From assembly GCF_026626685.1 (NCBI RefSeq), contig NZ_JAPNJX010000001.1, positions 332,752-396,751 on the forward strand: DNA of 64,000 nucleotides, written 5' to 3'. Below are positions 53,902 to 61,814 of the stretch, piece after piece. Source of the stretch: Nannocystis sp. SCPEA4. GTDB lineage: Bacteria > Myxococcota_A > Polyangia > Nannocystales > Nannocystaceae. How positions within the stretch are numbered: position 1 is the stretch's first letter; every line of letters starts with the position of its first letter. Made by a program: the position numbers and the translations under genes. A model generated the notes under the pieces. It worked only from the letters and a program-made list of their open reading frames with translations. It did not search any database and was not told the DNA's origin.

Positions 53902-53905
53902 TCTG

Positions 53906-53986
53906 CCTGTCCTCCAGGACATTTTCAAAAGGGCATGCCGTAACGAGCATGTCCTTTTGAGCATCGCTCTCTGAACATGTCCTGAA
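53906..53986. repeat. CATG-palindrome array (GGACATTTTC aaaaGGGCATGCC gtaacgaGCATGTCCtttt GAGCATCGC tctctGAACATGTCC) between convergent genes
   Basis: Seen directly. AAAAGG(G/A)CATG ... CATGTCCTTTT is a near-perfect inverted repeat. Confidence 0.6.
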
Positions 53987-54008
53987 AGATAGCGTCCCCG
54001 CGCTCGCC

Positions 54009-54998
54009 TCAGCTCTGCCCCGCGAGCCAGGCCGCCGTCCGCCGCAGCCCCTCCTCGAGCTCGACCTCCGCGCGGAACCCCAGCAGCTCCGCCGCCTTCT
54101 CGGTCACCGCCGCCGAGCGCGCGATCTCCCCCGCGCGCGCCGCCGCGAACGCGATCGGCTGGTCCTCCCCGCACACCCGCTGCACCGCGGCCGCCAGCTC
54201 GAGGATCGACGTCTCGCGCCCGGAGCCGACGTTGATCCCCGCCGGCTCCGGCGGCGTGTCCCCTGCCTTTAAAAGGACATGTCCTGTGGGACCTGGCCCG
54301 ACGGCCAGCGCGATCGCCCGCGCCACGTCGCCGACGTACACCAGGTCGCGCGTCTGCGTGCCGTCGCCGAAGATCACCAGCGACTCGCCGCGGCGCGCCC
54401 GCGCCAGGAACGCCGCCACCACCCCCGAGTACGGGCTGTGCGGGTCCTGCCGCGGCCCGTAGACGTTGAACAGGCGCAGGCACGCCGTCGCCACCCCGTA
54501 CAGCGGACCGAGGCAGCCGAGGTACAGCTCGGCCGCCCGCTTGGCCGCGCCGTAGGGCGACAGCGGCGCGGTCGGGTCGCTCTCGGCCACCGGCACCCGC
54601 CGCGGCTCGCCGTAGACCGCCGCCGACGACGCGAACACGAACCGCCGCGCCCCCGCCGCGGCCGCCCACAGCAGCAGCCGCGCCGTCGCGCGCAGGTTGA
54701 GGTCGAGGTCGTCGATCGGCGCGGAGATCGATCGCACCACCGACGTCTGGGCCGCCAGGTGGACCACCGCCGCGAACGGTCCGCGGCCGGCCAGCAGCGC
54801 GGCCACGTCGCCGCGCACGTCGCCGGCGATCACCTCGACCTGCGAATCACCTGTCCATTCGGCCAGGTTCTCGCGCCTTCCCGTGCTGAAGTCGTCGAGC
54901 ACGACCACACGCCGGCCGGCGGCGCGCAGGGCCGCGACCGTGTGCGAGCCGATGAACCCGGCCCCGCCGGTCACGAGCACCGCGTCGTCCACGGCCAC
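54009..54998 (-). CDS. NAD-dependent epimerase/dehydratase (UDP-sugar 4-epimerase family)
   Basis: VLVTGGAGFIGSH Rossmann motif and the YGAAK catalytic motif. Confidence 0.85.
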   Translation of the reverse strand: MAVDDAVLVTGGAGFIGSHTVAALRAAGRRVVVLDDFSTGRRENLAEWTGDSQVEVIAGDVRGDVAALLAGRGPFAAVVHLAAQTSVVRSISAPIDDLDLNLRATARLLLWAAAAGARRFVFASSAAVYGEPRRVPVAESDPTAPLSPYGAAKRAAELYLGCLGPLYGVATACLRLFNVYGPRQDPHSPYSGVVAAFLARARRGESLVIFGDGTQTRDLVYVGDVARAIALAVGPGPTGHVLLKAGDTPPEPAGINVGSGRETSILELAAAVQRVCGEDQPIAFAAARAGEIARSAAVTEKAAELLGFRAEVELEEGLRRTAAWLAGQS

Positions 54999-55002
54999 CA
55001 GC

Positions 55003-55473
55003 CTAGCAGCGCCGCGACGCCAGCGCGAACGGGTTCTCCGGCCACACCGACGCGTCGCCCTGCACGATCTGCAGCTGCTGCTCGGACAGCGGCAGCGCCA
55101 TCTGCCGGTACAGCGCCGCCGTCGAGAACCCGTACGGCTCGCCGTCGGCGTTGCTGTACGCGAACACCACCCGCGGCACCCCGGCCAGGTGCAGCGCCGC
55201 CAGGCACATCGGGCACGGCTGCCCGCTCGCGTACACCGTGCAGTCGTCGAGCCGCACCCGCCCCAGGGCCGCCGCGGCCGCGCGCAGCGCCAGCATCTCC
55301 GCGTGGGCCGAGGGGTCGGGCCGCAGGTGCAGCTCGTTCACTCCCTCGGCCGCGATCGTCTCGCCCCGCACCACCACCGCCCCGTACGGCCGGCCGCCGC
55401 TGCGCACGTTGGCGCAGGCCAGCTCGATCGCGCGACGGAGGAACACCTCGTCGGTACTCACGACTAAAACCAT
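55003..55473 (-). CDS. CMP/dCMP-type nucleoside deaminase (TadA/GuaD-like)
   Basis: HAEMLAL and PCPMC zinc-binding motifs. The ATG at 55473 was verified. Confidence 0.8.
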   Translation of the reverse strand: MVLVVSTDEVFLRRAIELACANVRSGGRPYGAVVVRGETIAAEGVNELHLRPDPSAHAEMLALRAAAAALGRVRLDDCTVYASGQPCPMCLAALHLAGVPRVVFAYSNADGEPYGFSTAALYRQMALPLSEQQLQIVQGDASVWPENPFALASRRC

Positions 55474-55484
55474 GCACGCCGCGG

Positions 55485-56339
55485 TCAGACCGCCAGCTGG
55501 GTGCGGCTCACGGCCACTTCTTCGCGCCCGTGGGGCAGCTCGAGGCCCTCGCCGGAGAACCGCGCGATCGCCACCGTCACGTTGTCGGGCCCGCCGGCGG
55601 CGCAGGCGGCCTCGGTCAGGGCCCGGCAGCAGCGCAGCGGGTCCTCGTAGCGCAGCATCAGCCCGAGGATCTGCTCGTCGGTGACCGGCCCGGTGAGGCC
55701 GTCGCTGCACAGCAGCAGCACGTCGCCGGCGCGCAGCTGGACCACGTCGAACTCGGGCCCGACCCGCGGCTGCACGCCCAGCGCCTGCAGCAGCACGTTG
55801 CGGTGCTCGTAGTCGCGGGCCTGCTCGGGGCGCAGGCGGCCGGCCGCGATCAGCTGCCCGACCACGCTGTGGTCGGTCGTGACCTGCGTCAGCGAGCGGC
55901 CGCGGCGGATGTACGCCCGCGAGTCGCCCACATGTCCGATCAGCAATTCTGGCCCAAAGGCCAGGGCCGCCGTCAGCGTCGTGCCCATCCCGTGGCGGGC
56001 CGGATCTTCGACCGCGGCCGCGCGGATCTTGTCGTTGACCGCCGTGATCGCCTCGTGCATCACGTCCTGGGCCATGGCCGTGCTGGCGAACGGCGCCTTG
56101 GCGTGGACCACCGCCGACAGCACGTCGACCGCGATCCCCGAGGCCACGTCGCCGGCCGCCGCGCCGCCCATCCCGTCGCACACCGCGATCAGCGTCCCGC
56201 GCGACGTCAGCTGCTGCACGCGCTGGTGCGGCAGCAGCCCGCGCTCCCCCGTCTGAAGGTTTTGGACCACGAAGTGGTCCTCGTTGCGCTTGCGGACGCA
56301 ACCGACCTCGGTCCTCGCGAACACCTCGAGCTGCGCCAC
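55485..56339 (-). CDS. PP2C-family Ser/Thr protein phosphatase
   Basis: GCVRKRNEDHF, CDGMGGAAAGDVAS, GDSRAY, CSDGL and GGPDNVTV are the PPM signature motifs. Confidence 0.85.
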   Translation of the reverse strand: MAQLEVFARTEVGCVRKRNEDHFVVQNLQTGERGLLPHQRVQQLTSRGTLIAVCDGMGGAAAGDVASGIAVDVLSAVVHAKAPFASTAMAQDVMHEAITAVNDKIRAAAVEDPARHGMGTTLTAALAFGPELLIGHVGDSRAYIRRGRSLTQVTTDHSVVGQLIAAGRLRPEQARDYEHRNVLLQALGVQPRVGPEFDVVQLRAGDVLLLCSDGLTGPVTDEQILGLMLRYEDPLRCCRALTEAACAAGGPDNVTVAIARFSGEGLELPHGREEVAVSRTQLAV

Positions 56340-56340
56340 C

Positions 56341-57696
56341 TCAGTGCATCCTCACGCGGAAGATCTGGTCCCCGACCCGGAACATGTCGCCCGGTTGAAG
56401 GATGACATCCCCGCGGATCCTGAGGTAGGTCCCGTTGGCCGAGCGGAGGTCGGTGAGGAGGACGGTCATCGCGTCTCCGCGCAGCTCCATCGCCAACTGC
56501 GCGTGTTGCCAGCTGACGAAGGGGTCGGTCGGGAAGATGATGTCGCCGAGTTCGCGGCCGAACACGATCTGCGGCGCGCGCAGGCAGTGGACCTCGGCTT
56601 CGGCTCCGCCGACCCCGATCAGCGTCAGGCGGCCCCACGCCGGCTGCATCGGCGTGCCGAACAGGCGCGTCGCCTCGCCGTCGAGCTCCTGCTCGCGTCC
56701 GCCCGGCGGCAGGTTCTCCAGCCGCAGCAAATGGTGACCCACGAGGAAGAGATCGCCCGGAAACACCGGTTCCGGCCGCGAGATCCGGACGTAGACCCCG
56801 TTGCGCGATCCCAGATCGCCCAGGCGGACCCCGCCGCCGGGCGCCGGCTCGAGGCGGGCGTGGGCCGGACTGAGGAACTCGTCGCTCGGGAACATCAGGT
56901 CGCCCTGCTTGCGGCCCACCACCAGCGTCCCGCGCAGCGCCACCGACTCGCCCTCCGAGCCGTCGCGCTTCACCAGCACGATCCGCAGCGGCGCCGTCCC
57001 GGCCGAGCGCCGCGACGACTCGACTGCCAACCTCGCCATCGGCGCCGACCACGACGGCCCGCCCGGCGAGCCCGTCACCGACACCTGCGCCTGCTCCGAC
57101 GGCAGGGCCGCCTGACCCATCCGCGCCGTGTCGCCGGGCCCTGGTCCCTCGCGCGGCACCGGCACGTCGTCGGCCGGCGGTCGCAGCCCGACCACGCGGG
57201 CCACCCCCCACGAGCCCTGGCCCACTTCGGCGCTGGCCTCCGCGTTGCCGGCGTGGCCGCCGCTGTCGGCGGCGAGGAGCGGGGGCTCGGCCTCGCTGGC
57301 GTTCGGGACAGGTGCGGCCGGCGGCGCCGGGCTCGCCGGCGGGACGATCCCGGCCTCGGGCGCCGGGGTCGGTTCACTCGCGGAAGAACGCGGCGCCGGA
57401 TCGGGTACGGGGGGTCGTGCCGGCTCCACCTCGCCCGTGCCCTCGAGCAATCGTCGCGGGATCAACTTCATGCTCTGGGTGCTCGGGCGCGGCAGCCGGG
57501 AGTGCACGCGCAGGCCGCAGATCTGGCAGAACTCGAAGCCGTCACCGAGCGGCTGCCCGCAGCGCGCGCACTTCGGGAGCGCGCTCACTGGCGCCGGTTG
57601 CGACAAACGATAACCGCAGATCTCGCACGCAGCAGCCTCTGGGGCGTGTTCGGTGCCACAGGCGGGACAGGGGATCCACTCCGTCATCGGCCTCAT
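56341..57696 (-). CDS. double zinc-ribbon plus two-FHA-domain protein
   Basis: CPACG...CEICG and CARCG...CQICG zinc ribbons at the N-terminus, a Pro-rich linker, then two FHA domains (GRKQGDLMFPSDEFLSPAHARL..., GRELGDIIFPTDPFVSWQHAQL...). It abuts the PP2C gene. Confidence 0.8.
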   Translation of the reverse strand: MRPMTEWIPCPACGTEHAPEAAACEICGYRLSQPAPVSALPKCARCGQPLGDGFEFCQICGLRVHSRLPRPSTQSMKLIPRRLLEGTGEVEPARPPVPDPAPRSSASEPTPAPEAGIVPPASPAPPAAPVPNASEAEPPLLAADSGGHAGNAEASAEVGQGSWGVARVVGLRPPADDVPVPREGPGPGDTARMGQAALPSEQAQVSVTGSPGGPSWSAPMARLAVESSRRSAGTAPLRIVLVKRDGSEGESVALRGTLVVGRKQGDLMFPSDEFLSPAHARLEPAPGGGVRLGDLGSRNGVYVRISRPEPVFPGDLFLVGHHLLRLENLPPGGREQELDGEATRLFGTPMQPAWGRLTLIGVGGAEAEVHCLRAPQIVFGRELGDIIFPTDPFVSWQHAQLAMELRGDAMTVLLTDLRSANGTYLRIRGDVILQPGDMFRVGDQIFRVRMH

Positions 57697-57869
57697 GCCT
57701 GGAGAAGGCTTGCCAGGGTCGCGCGCGTGGGATAGACCCGCGCTCGCCCGCGATTCGCCCCGTCAGGGTACCCGTCCGGCTCGGACCGCGTCAATTGAGC
57801 GTCGCCATTGCACAGTCAGGCTCGTCGCCGCCGCCCTCCGCGCCCGAGCAATCCGGGTCTGCCGGGCCC

Positions 57870-59384
57870 ATGGGCCCCGCGTGGCCGTCGCACGTGCGCG
57901 ATCCGTCGGGGGTGAACGCCTCGCCCATCCGGCCCGACCGCGACGGACCTCAGTGGCTGCTCCGCCCCGACTCGTCCTCACGGACCTCACGGAGCTCACG
58001 GAGTAGTGGCGCCGGATCGCCTCCCTCGCCCGCGCGGCGGCTCGCGCGAGCCGTCTTCGCCGCCGTCGCCGCGCTGTGTCTGCCCACGCTCGTGGCCTGC
58101 GCCCCGATCGTGCGTCCGCCTGCCTTCGTGGGCGCGCGCGACCTCGTCACCGACGCCTCGCTGCTCGGCCCCTTCGACGGTCAGGTCGTCGACGCCGCCA
58201 CCAGCGAGCCGATCGCCGAGGCCACCGTCGTCGCCGTCTGGTCGTACGACCGCGGCGACGGCTTCATCGGCCCGTGGGGCGCGGAAACGTCCAGCGTCAC
58301 CACCGACGCCGCCGGCCGCTACCGGATCCCTCCGGCCAGGCTCAGCGTGCGCGGCTCGACCGCGCGGCTCGTCGACGCCTACCTCATCGTCTACAAGCGC
58401 GGCTACGCCGGCTACCGCTCCGACGCCGTCCCCACCGGCGGCCCCCGCTCCGACTTCACCGTGCGACACAACCGCGTCGAGCTGCGCAAGTGGCAGAACA
58501 GCGACTCGCACGCCGATCATCTGTTGTTCCTGGCGCCGCCGCGGCCGCTGCACAAGGCTGTGCGCTGGGAGGCCGACCTCGCCAACCTCGACCTGTTCCG
58601 CGCTCTCGGCGGCGCCGGCGGTCCAGTCGTCGCGGTCGAAGAGGAGGAGGGCGGCAAGCCGGCCGGGCCGGTGGTCGCCGAGGTGCTCGACGCCACCGCC
58701 CTGCTCACCCCCGACGAGGTCCGCCAGCGCACCGGCTACACCGAGGCCTTCGAGGTCAAGGACCTCACCGACCTCAAGCGCACCGGCTTCTACCACGGTG
58801 TCCACCTGCAGGCGGTCCACAGCGACGAGCGCCACGACCTCGCCTTGCGGGTGTGGAGCGCCCCGCCCGGCGGCATGGACCCGGTCGCGGCGACGATCCA
58901 GGAGACCTTCGGCAAGGTCAAGCCGGCCGGCGACATCACCCCCGAGACGTGGAGCACCACCGCCGACGGCGTGCACGCGATCGGCTTCGTCGACCGCGAG
59001 CAGAAGATCGGCGTGCTGCTGACCTGCGGCGACCAGCAGTGCCACGACCTCGACAGCGCGCTGATCCTCGCCAAGCACGTCTACCGCAACCTCGACCGCC
59101 TCAAGCAGGTACCCGACCCGGCCGCGACCGCGCCCGCCGCGACCACGCCGGCCGGGACCACGCCGGCCCCCTCGGGTGTCCCGGGCGGCGCCGTCCCGGG
59201 CAAGTCCGCCGCCCCGAGCGGCAGCGGCGGCGCGACCAACCCCGCCGGCGTCGCCAGTCCCAAGGGACAGGGCAATTCGACCATGTCCCCAGAGTCAGGT
59301 CCAACCACCAGTCCCAAGGACCAGGGCGCTTCGACCATGTCCCCAGAGTCAGGCCAGCCGGCCGGGAAGGGCCGGCGCCCGTGA
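57870..59384 (+). CDS. lipoprotein with carboxypeptidase-regulatory-like beta domain and a C-terminal SPKGQ/SPKDQ repeat tail
   Basis: Lipobox AALCLPTLVAC preceded by RRLARAV. Domain GQVVDAATSEPIAEATVVAVWSYDRGDG. Tail ...ASPKGQGNSTMSPESGPTTSPKDQGASTMSPESGQ. The start is uncertain: ATG at 57870 gives an unusually long leader. Confidence 0.5.
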   Translation: MGPAWPSHVRDPSGVNASPIRPDRDGPQWLLRPDSSSRTSRSSRSSGAGSPPSPARRLARAVFAAVAALCLPTLVACAPIVRPPAFVGARDLVTDASLLGPFDGQVVDAATSEPIAEATVVAVWSYDRGDGFIGPWGAETSSVTTDAAGRYRIPPARLSVRGSTARLVDAYLIVYKRGYAGYRSDAVPTGGPRSDFTVRHNRVELRKWQNSDSHADHLLFLAPPRPLHKAVRWEADLANLDLFRALGGAGGPVVAVEEEEGGKPAGPVVAEVLDATALLTPDEVRQRTGYTEAFEVKDLTDLKRTGFYHGVHLQAVHSDERHDLALRVWSAPPGGMDPVAATIQETFGKVKPAGDITPETWSTTADGVHAIGFVDREQKIGVLLTCGDQQCHDLDSALILAKHVYRNLDRLKQVPDPAATAPAATTPAGTTPAPSGVPGGAVPGKSAAPSGSGGATNPAGVASPKGQGNSTMSPESGPTTSPKDQGASTMSPESGQPAGKGRRP

Positions 59385-61513
59385 CCCGCCCGCGCTCGTG
59401 GCTCCGCCGGGTCGGCCGCGCCCTCGGCCTCGGACTCGCCCTCTCCCTCGCGCTCCCGGCCGCGCCGGCGGGCGCGTGGGACGCCCGCGCCACCCACCTC
59501 GGCATGGTCGACCGCGCCCTGCTGGAGAGCGCGCTGCACCTGCGCTGGATGGCCCAGAGCGAACTCCAGCGCGGCCTCTTCACCCCCCTGCGCGTCGATC
59601 CCAGGCGGCTCAGCGCCCCCGAGCGGCGCATGCTCACCGCCGCCCTGCAGCACGGCGGCCTCCAGGCGCTCGGCGGCCCCGGCTCCTGCCCCGGCCTCGG
59701 CGCCCCGATCGAGACCCAGAAGTACTGCGTCGAAGGCGACGTGTGGGAGCTGCCGGCGCTGCAGTGGCTGCAGGTCGGCGTGCTCGCCGAGCTGGTGCCC
59801 TCGGCCCGCGCCGTCCACCACTTCGTCGACCGCGACGACCCGCTCGCGCCGAACTTCGCCGACCCGCAGCCGCGCCCCGGCCTGGTGCGCCTGCGCCAGG
59901 TCCGCCACAACGGCGGCTCGGCCGCAGCCCTGGCCACGCAGACAGGTTTCTCGGGACAGGGCCCTTCGGTCATCTCGTTCCTGCGCGACGACACCGATCC
60001 GCTGGCCCCGCCGCACATGTGGCGCCACCTCGAGCTCGCCTCCACCCTGCCCGAGGCGGACGCGCGGGCGCACCACCTCGCGCTGGCGCTGGTCGGCCTC
60101 GGCGCCCTGCTGCACGTCGTCCAGGACCTCGCCGTCCCCGCCCACGCGCGCGGCGACGTCACCGGCTTCTTCAGCCCGCTGTCGCCGAGCCCCGGCGATC
60201 GCGGCCTGCCGTTTGCGGAACTGGCGCGTCTGGCGTTCGGTCGCAGCGCCCTGCCCGGCCGCCCCGCCCAGGACGAGGTCGCCCGCGCCCGCGGGATCCC
60301 GGTCGCCGGCTCGCTGGCCGAGCACCTGTTCGGCGGCGCCCCGGCCAGCAAGGACCCTGGCGCATTGGTCATGCCCGAAGGGACAGGTTACGAGGGCCTG
60401 GCGGTGTTCACCGCGCGCCGGTTCCTGTCCGAGGCCAGCGTCCCCGCGCCGCGCCACCTCGACGACGACCTCACGCCCGAGGCCGCCGCCGCCGAGCTGC
60501 TGCAGGCCAGCCGCCTCGACCCGGTCGAGCTCCAGGGCGCCCGCATGCACCCGTGGCCGGCCGCGCGCGGCTACATCCAGAGCGGCACCGGCCGCCCGCT
60601 GGCCGCCTTCGACACCGACGACGACGGCCGCGTCCGCCCGTACATCGACGAGGCCGTCTACCGCGAGCAGTTCGTCCACCTGGCGCCCCGCGCGGTCGAG
60701 GTCACGCGCTCGCTGCTCGACTGGCTGTGGCCGACCTGGCCCGAGCTCACCTTCGACGCCACCGGCGGCAACCTCGACTTCGTGGTCCCGCCCGGCCTCG
60801 TCGACGCCGTCGTCCTCGTGCTGCGCCAGGACGCCGCCGGCGCGCGCACGATCGTCCGCAAGGTCACCCTTCGCCCCGGCGAGCGCAACCGCGTCTCCGG
60901 GATCCCCACCGGCCTCGGCGAAGGCGAGCGCGCCGTCGTCGTCCTCCGCGCCCGCCGGCCCAGCGGCGAGCCGCTCCTGCTCGAGCACGTGCTCGGCAGC
61001 GAGAGCAAGGTCTTCCCCGTCGTCCCCGCGCCCTACGTCGCGCCCGAGCCCGAGCTCGCCGCGCCCGAGACGGCCGAGGAACCCGCGCCCGAGCCCGAGC
61101 CGGAGCCCGAGCCCGAGCCCGAGCCCGAGCTGGCGCCGCCGACCAGTCCCAAGGGACAGCCCGCCAAGCCCCAGCAAGGCCAGGGCAAGACCAGGGGTCA
61201 GCCCGTCGAGCCCGTCACCAGTCCCAAGGGACAGCCCGCCGCCACCAGTCCCAAGGGACAGCCAGGCAAGCCCCAGCAAGGCCAGCCCGCGGCCGGCACC
61301 ACTCCCGCGACCAGTCCCAAGGGACAACCCGCTGCCAAGCCCCAGCAGGGCCCATCCACGACCAGTCCCAAGGGACAGCCCGGCGATGCGACCCCCGCCC
61401 CGGGTCCCAAGGGACAGCCCGCCGCCAAGCCCCAGCAGGGCCAGCCCCCTGCCGGCACGAACCCCGTCAGCAGTCCCAAGGGACCGCCCCCGAGCGGCAA
61501 GAACCGCGGCTGA
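59381..61513 (+). CDS. large secreted protein with a possible zinc-dependent PLC/P1-nuclease-like N-terminal domain and a tail of at least seven TSPKGQP(A)AKPQQGQ repeats
   Basis: Signal peptide ...LALPAAPAGA then W-D-A-R-A-T-H (the Trp1/His pattern of the S1-P1 nuclease/PLC fold), with further H..D motifs (HHFVDRDD, HVVQDLAVPAHARGD). An EPEP-rich linker is followed by repeated DNA units CCAGTCCCAAGGGACAGCC. The GTG start overlaps the upstream stop. Confidence 0.55.
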   Translation: MTRPRSWLRRVGRALGLGLALSLALPAAPAGAWDARATHLGMVDRALLESALHLRWMAQSELQRGLFTPLRVDPRRLSAPERRMLTAALQHGGLQALGGPGSCPGLGAPIETQKYCVEGDVWELPALQWLQVGVLAELVPSARAVHHFVDRDDPLAPNFADPQPRPGLVRLRQVRHNGGSAAALATQTGFSGQGPSVISFLRDDTDPLAPPHMWRHLELASTLPEADARAHHLALALVGLGALLHVVQDLAVPAHARGDVTGFFSPLSPSPGDRGLPFAELARLAFGRSALPGRPAQDEVARARGIPVAGSLAEHLFGGAPASKDPGALVMPEGTGYEGLAVFTARRFLSEASVPAPRHLDDDLTPEAAAAELLQASRLDPVELQGARMHPWPAARGYIQSGTGRPLAAFDTDDDGRVRPYIDEAVYREQFVHLAPRAVEVTRSLLDWLWPTWPELTFDATGGNLDFVVPPGLVDAVVLVLRQDAAGARTIVRKVTLRPGERNRVSGIPTGLGEGERAVVVLRARRPSGEPLLLEHVLGSESKVFPVVPAPYVAPEPELAAPETAEEPAPEPEPEPEPEPEPELAPPTSPKGQPAKPQQGQGKTRGQPVEPVTSPKGQPAATSPKGQPGKPQQGQPAAGTTPATSPKGQPAAKPQQGPSTTSPKGQPGDATPAPGPKGQPAAKPQQGQPPAGTNPVSSPKGPPPSGKNRG
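61141..61500 (+). repeat. coding tandem repeats (SPKGQP units; DNA core CCAGTCCCAAGGGACAGCC, at least 8 copies)
   Basis: Direct reading. The same unit appears twice at the 3' end of the preceding gene (59255-59345). Confidence 0.7.
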
Positions 61514-61529
61514 GCATCGGGACCCGAGG

Positions 61530-61730
61530 GTCCCTCCGCTCGTCCGCCACCTGTCCCCCGAGCGAGCAGCCCGGAGCTGAACGGCCCCGACAGCCTCACC
61601 CGTTGCCGCGACCTGTCCCCGAGGTCGCCGGCCGGAGCCGAACGTCGCGACCCTCCTCGCTCGTCCCGCCACCTGTCGCGAGCGACTGTCCCGCCGACCC
61701 CAGCTACCTGTCCCCGAAGACAGCCTGTCC
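61530..61730. repeat. non-coding degenerate direct repeats (five copies of an ACCTGTCCCCGAG-like core; two ~57-bp units share CGGAGC(T/C)GAACG)
   Basis: Copies are CCACCTGTCCCCCGAG (61538), CGACCTGTCCCCGAGG (61599), CCACCTGTCGCGAGCG (61659), CTACCTGTCCCCGAAG (61694) and CAGCCTGTCCTCTCG (61711). Confidence 0.55.
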
Positions 61731-61814
61731 TCTCGCCCCCTTGCTCACGGTCGCGCCAGCGGCCCGCCCACTGGTAGCTTCCGCCCGGCGCGACGCCCGG
61801 CCGACCTCGCGCTG

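Noticed and set aside
61141-61500. Regularly spaced direct repeats that could be mistaken for a CRISPR array
   Set aside because: The repeats are in frame within a protein-coding gene (SPKGQP units) and the spacers are not unique sequences. No cas genes are present.
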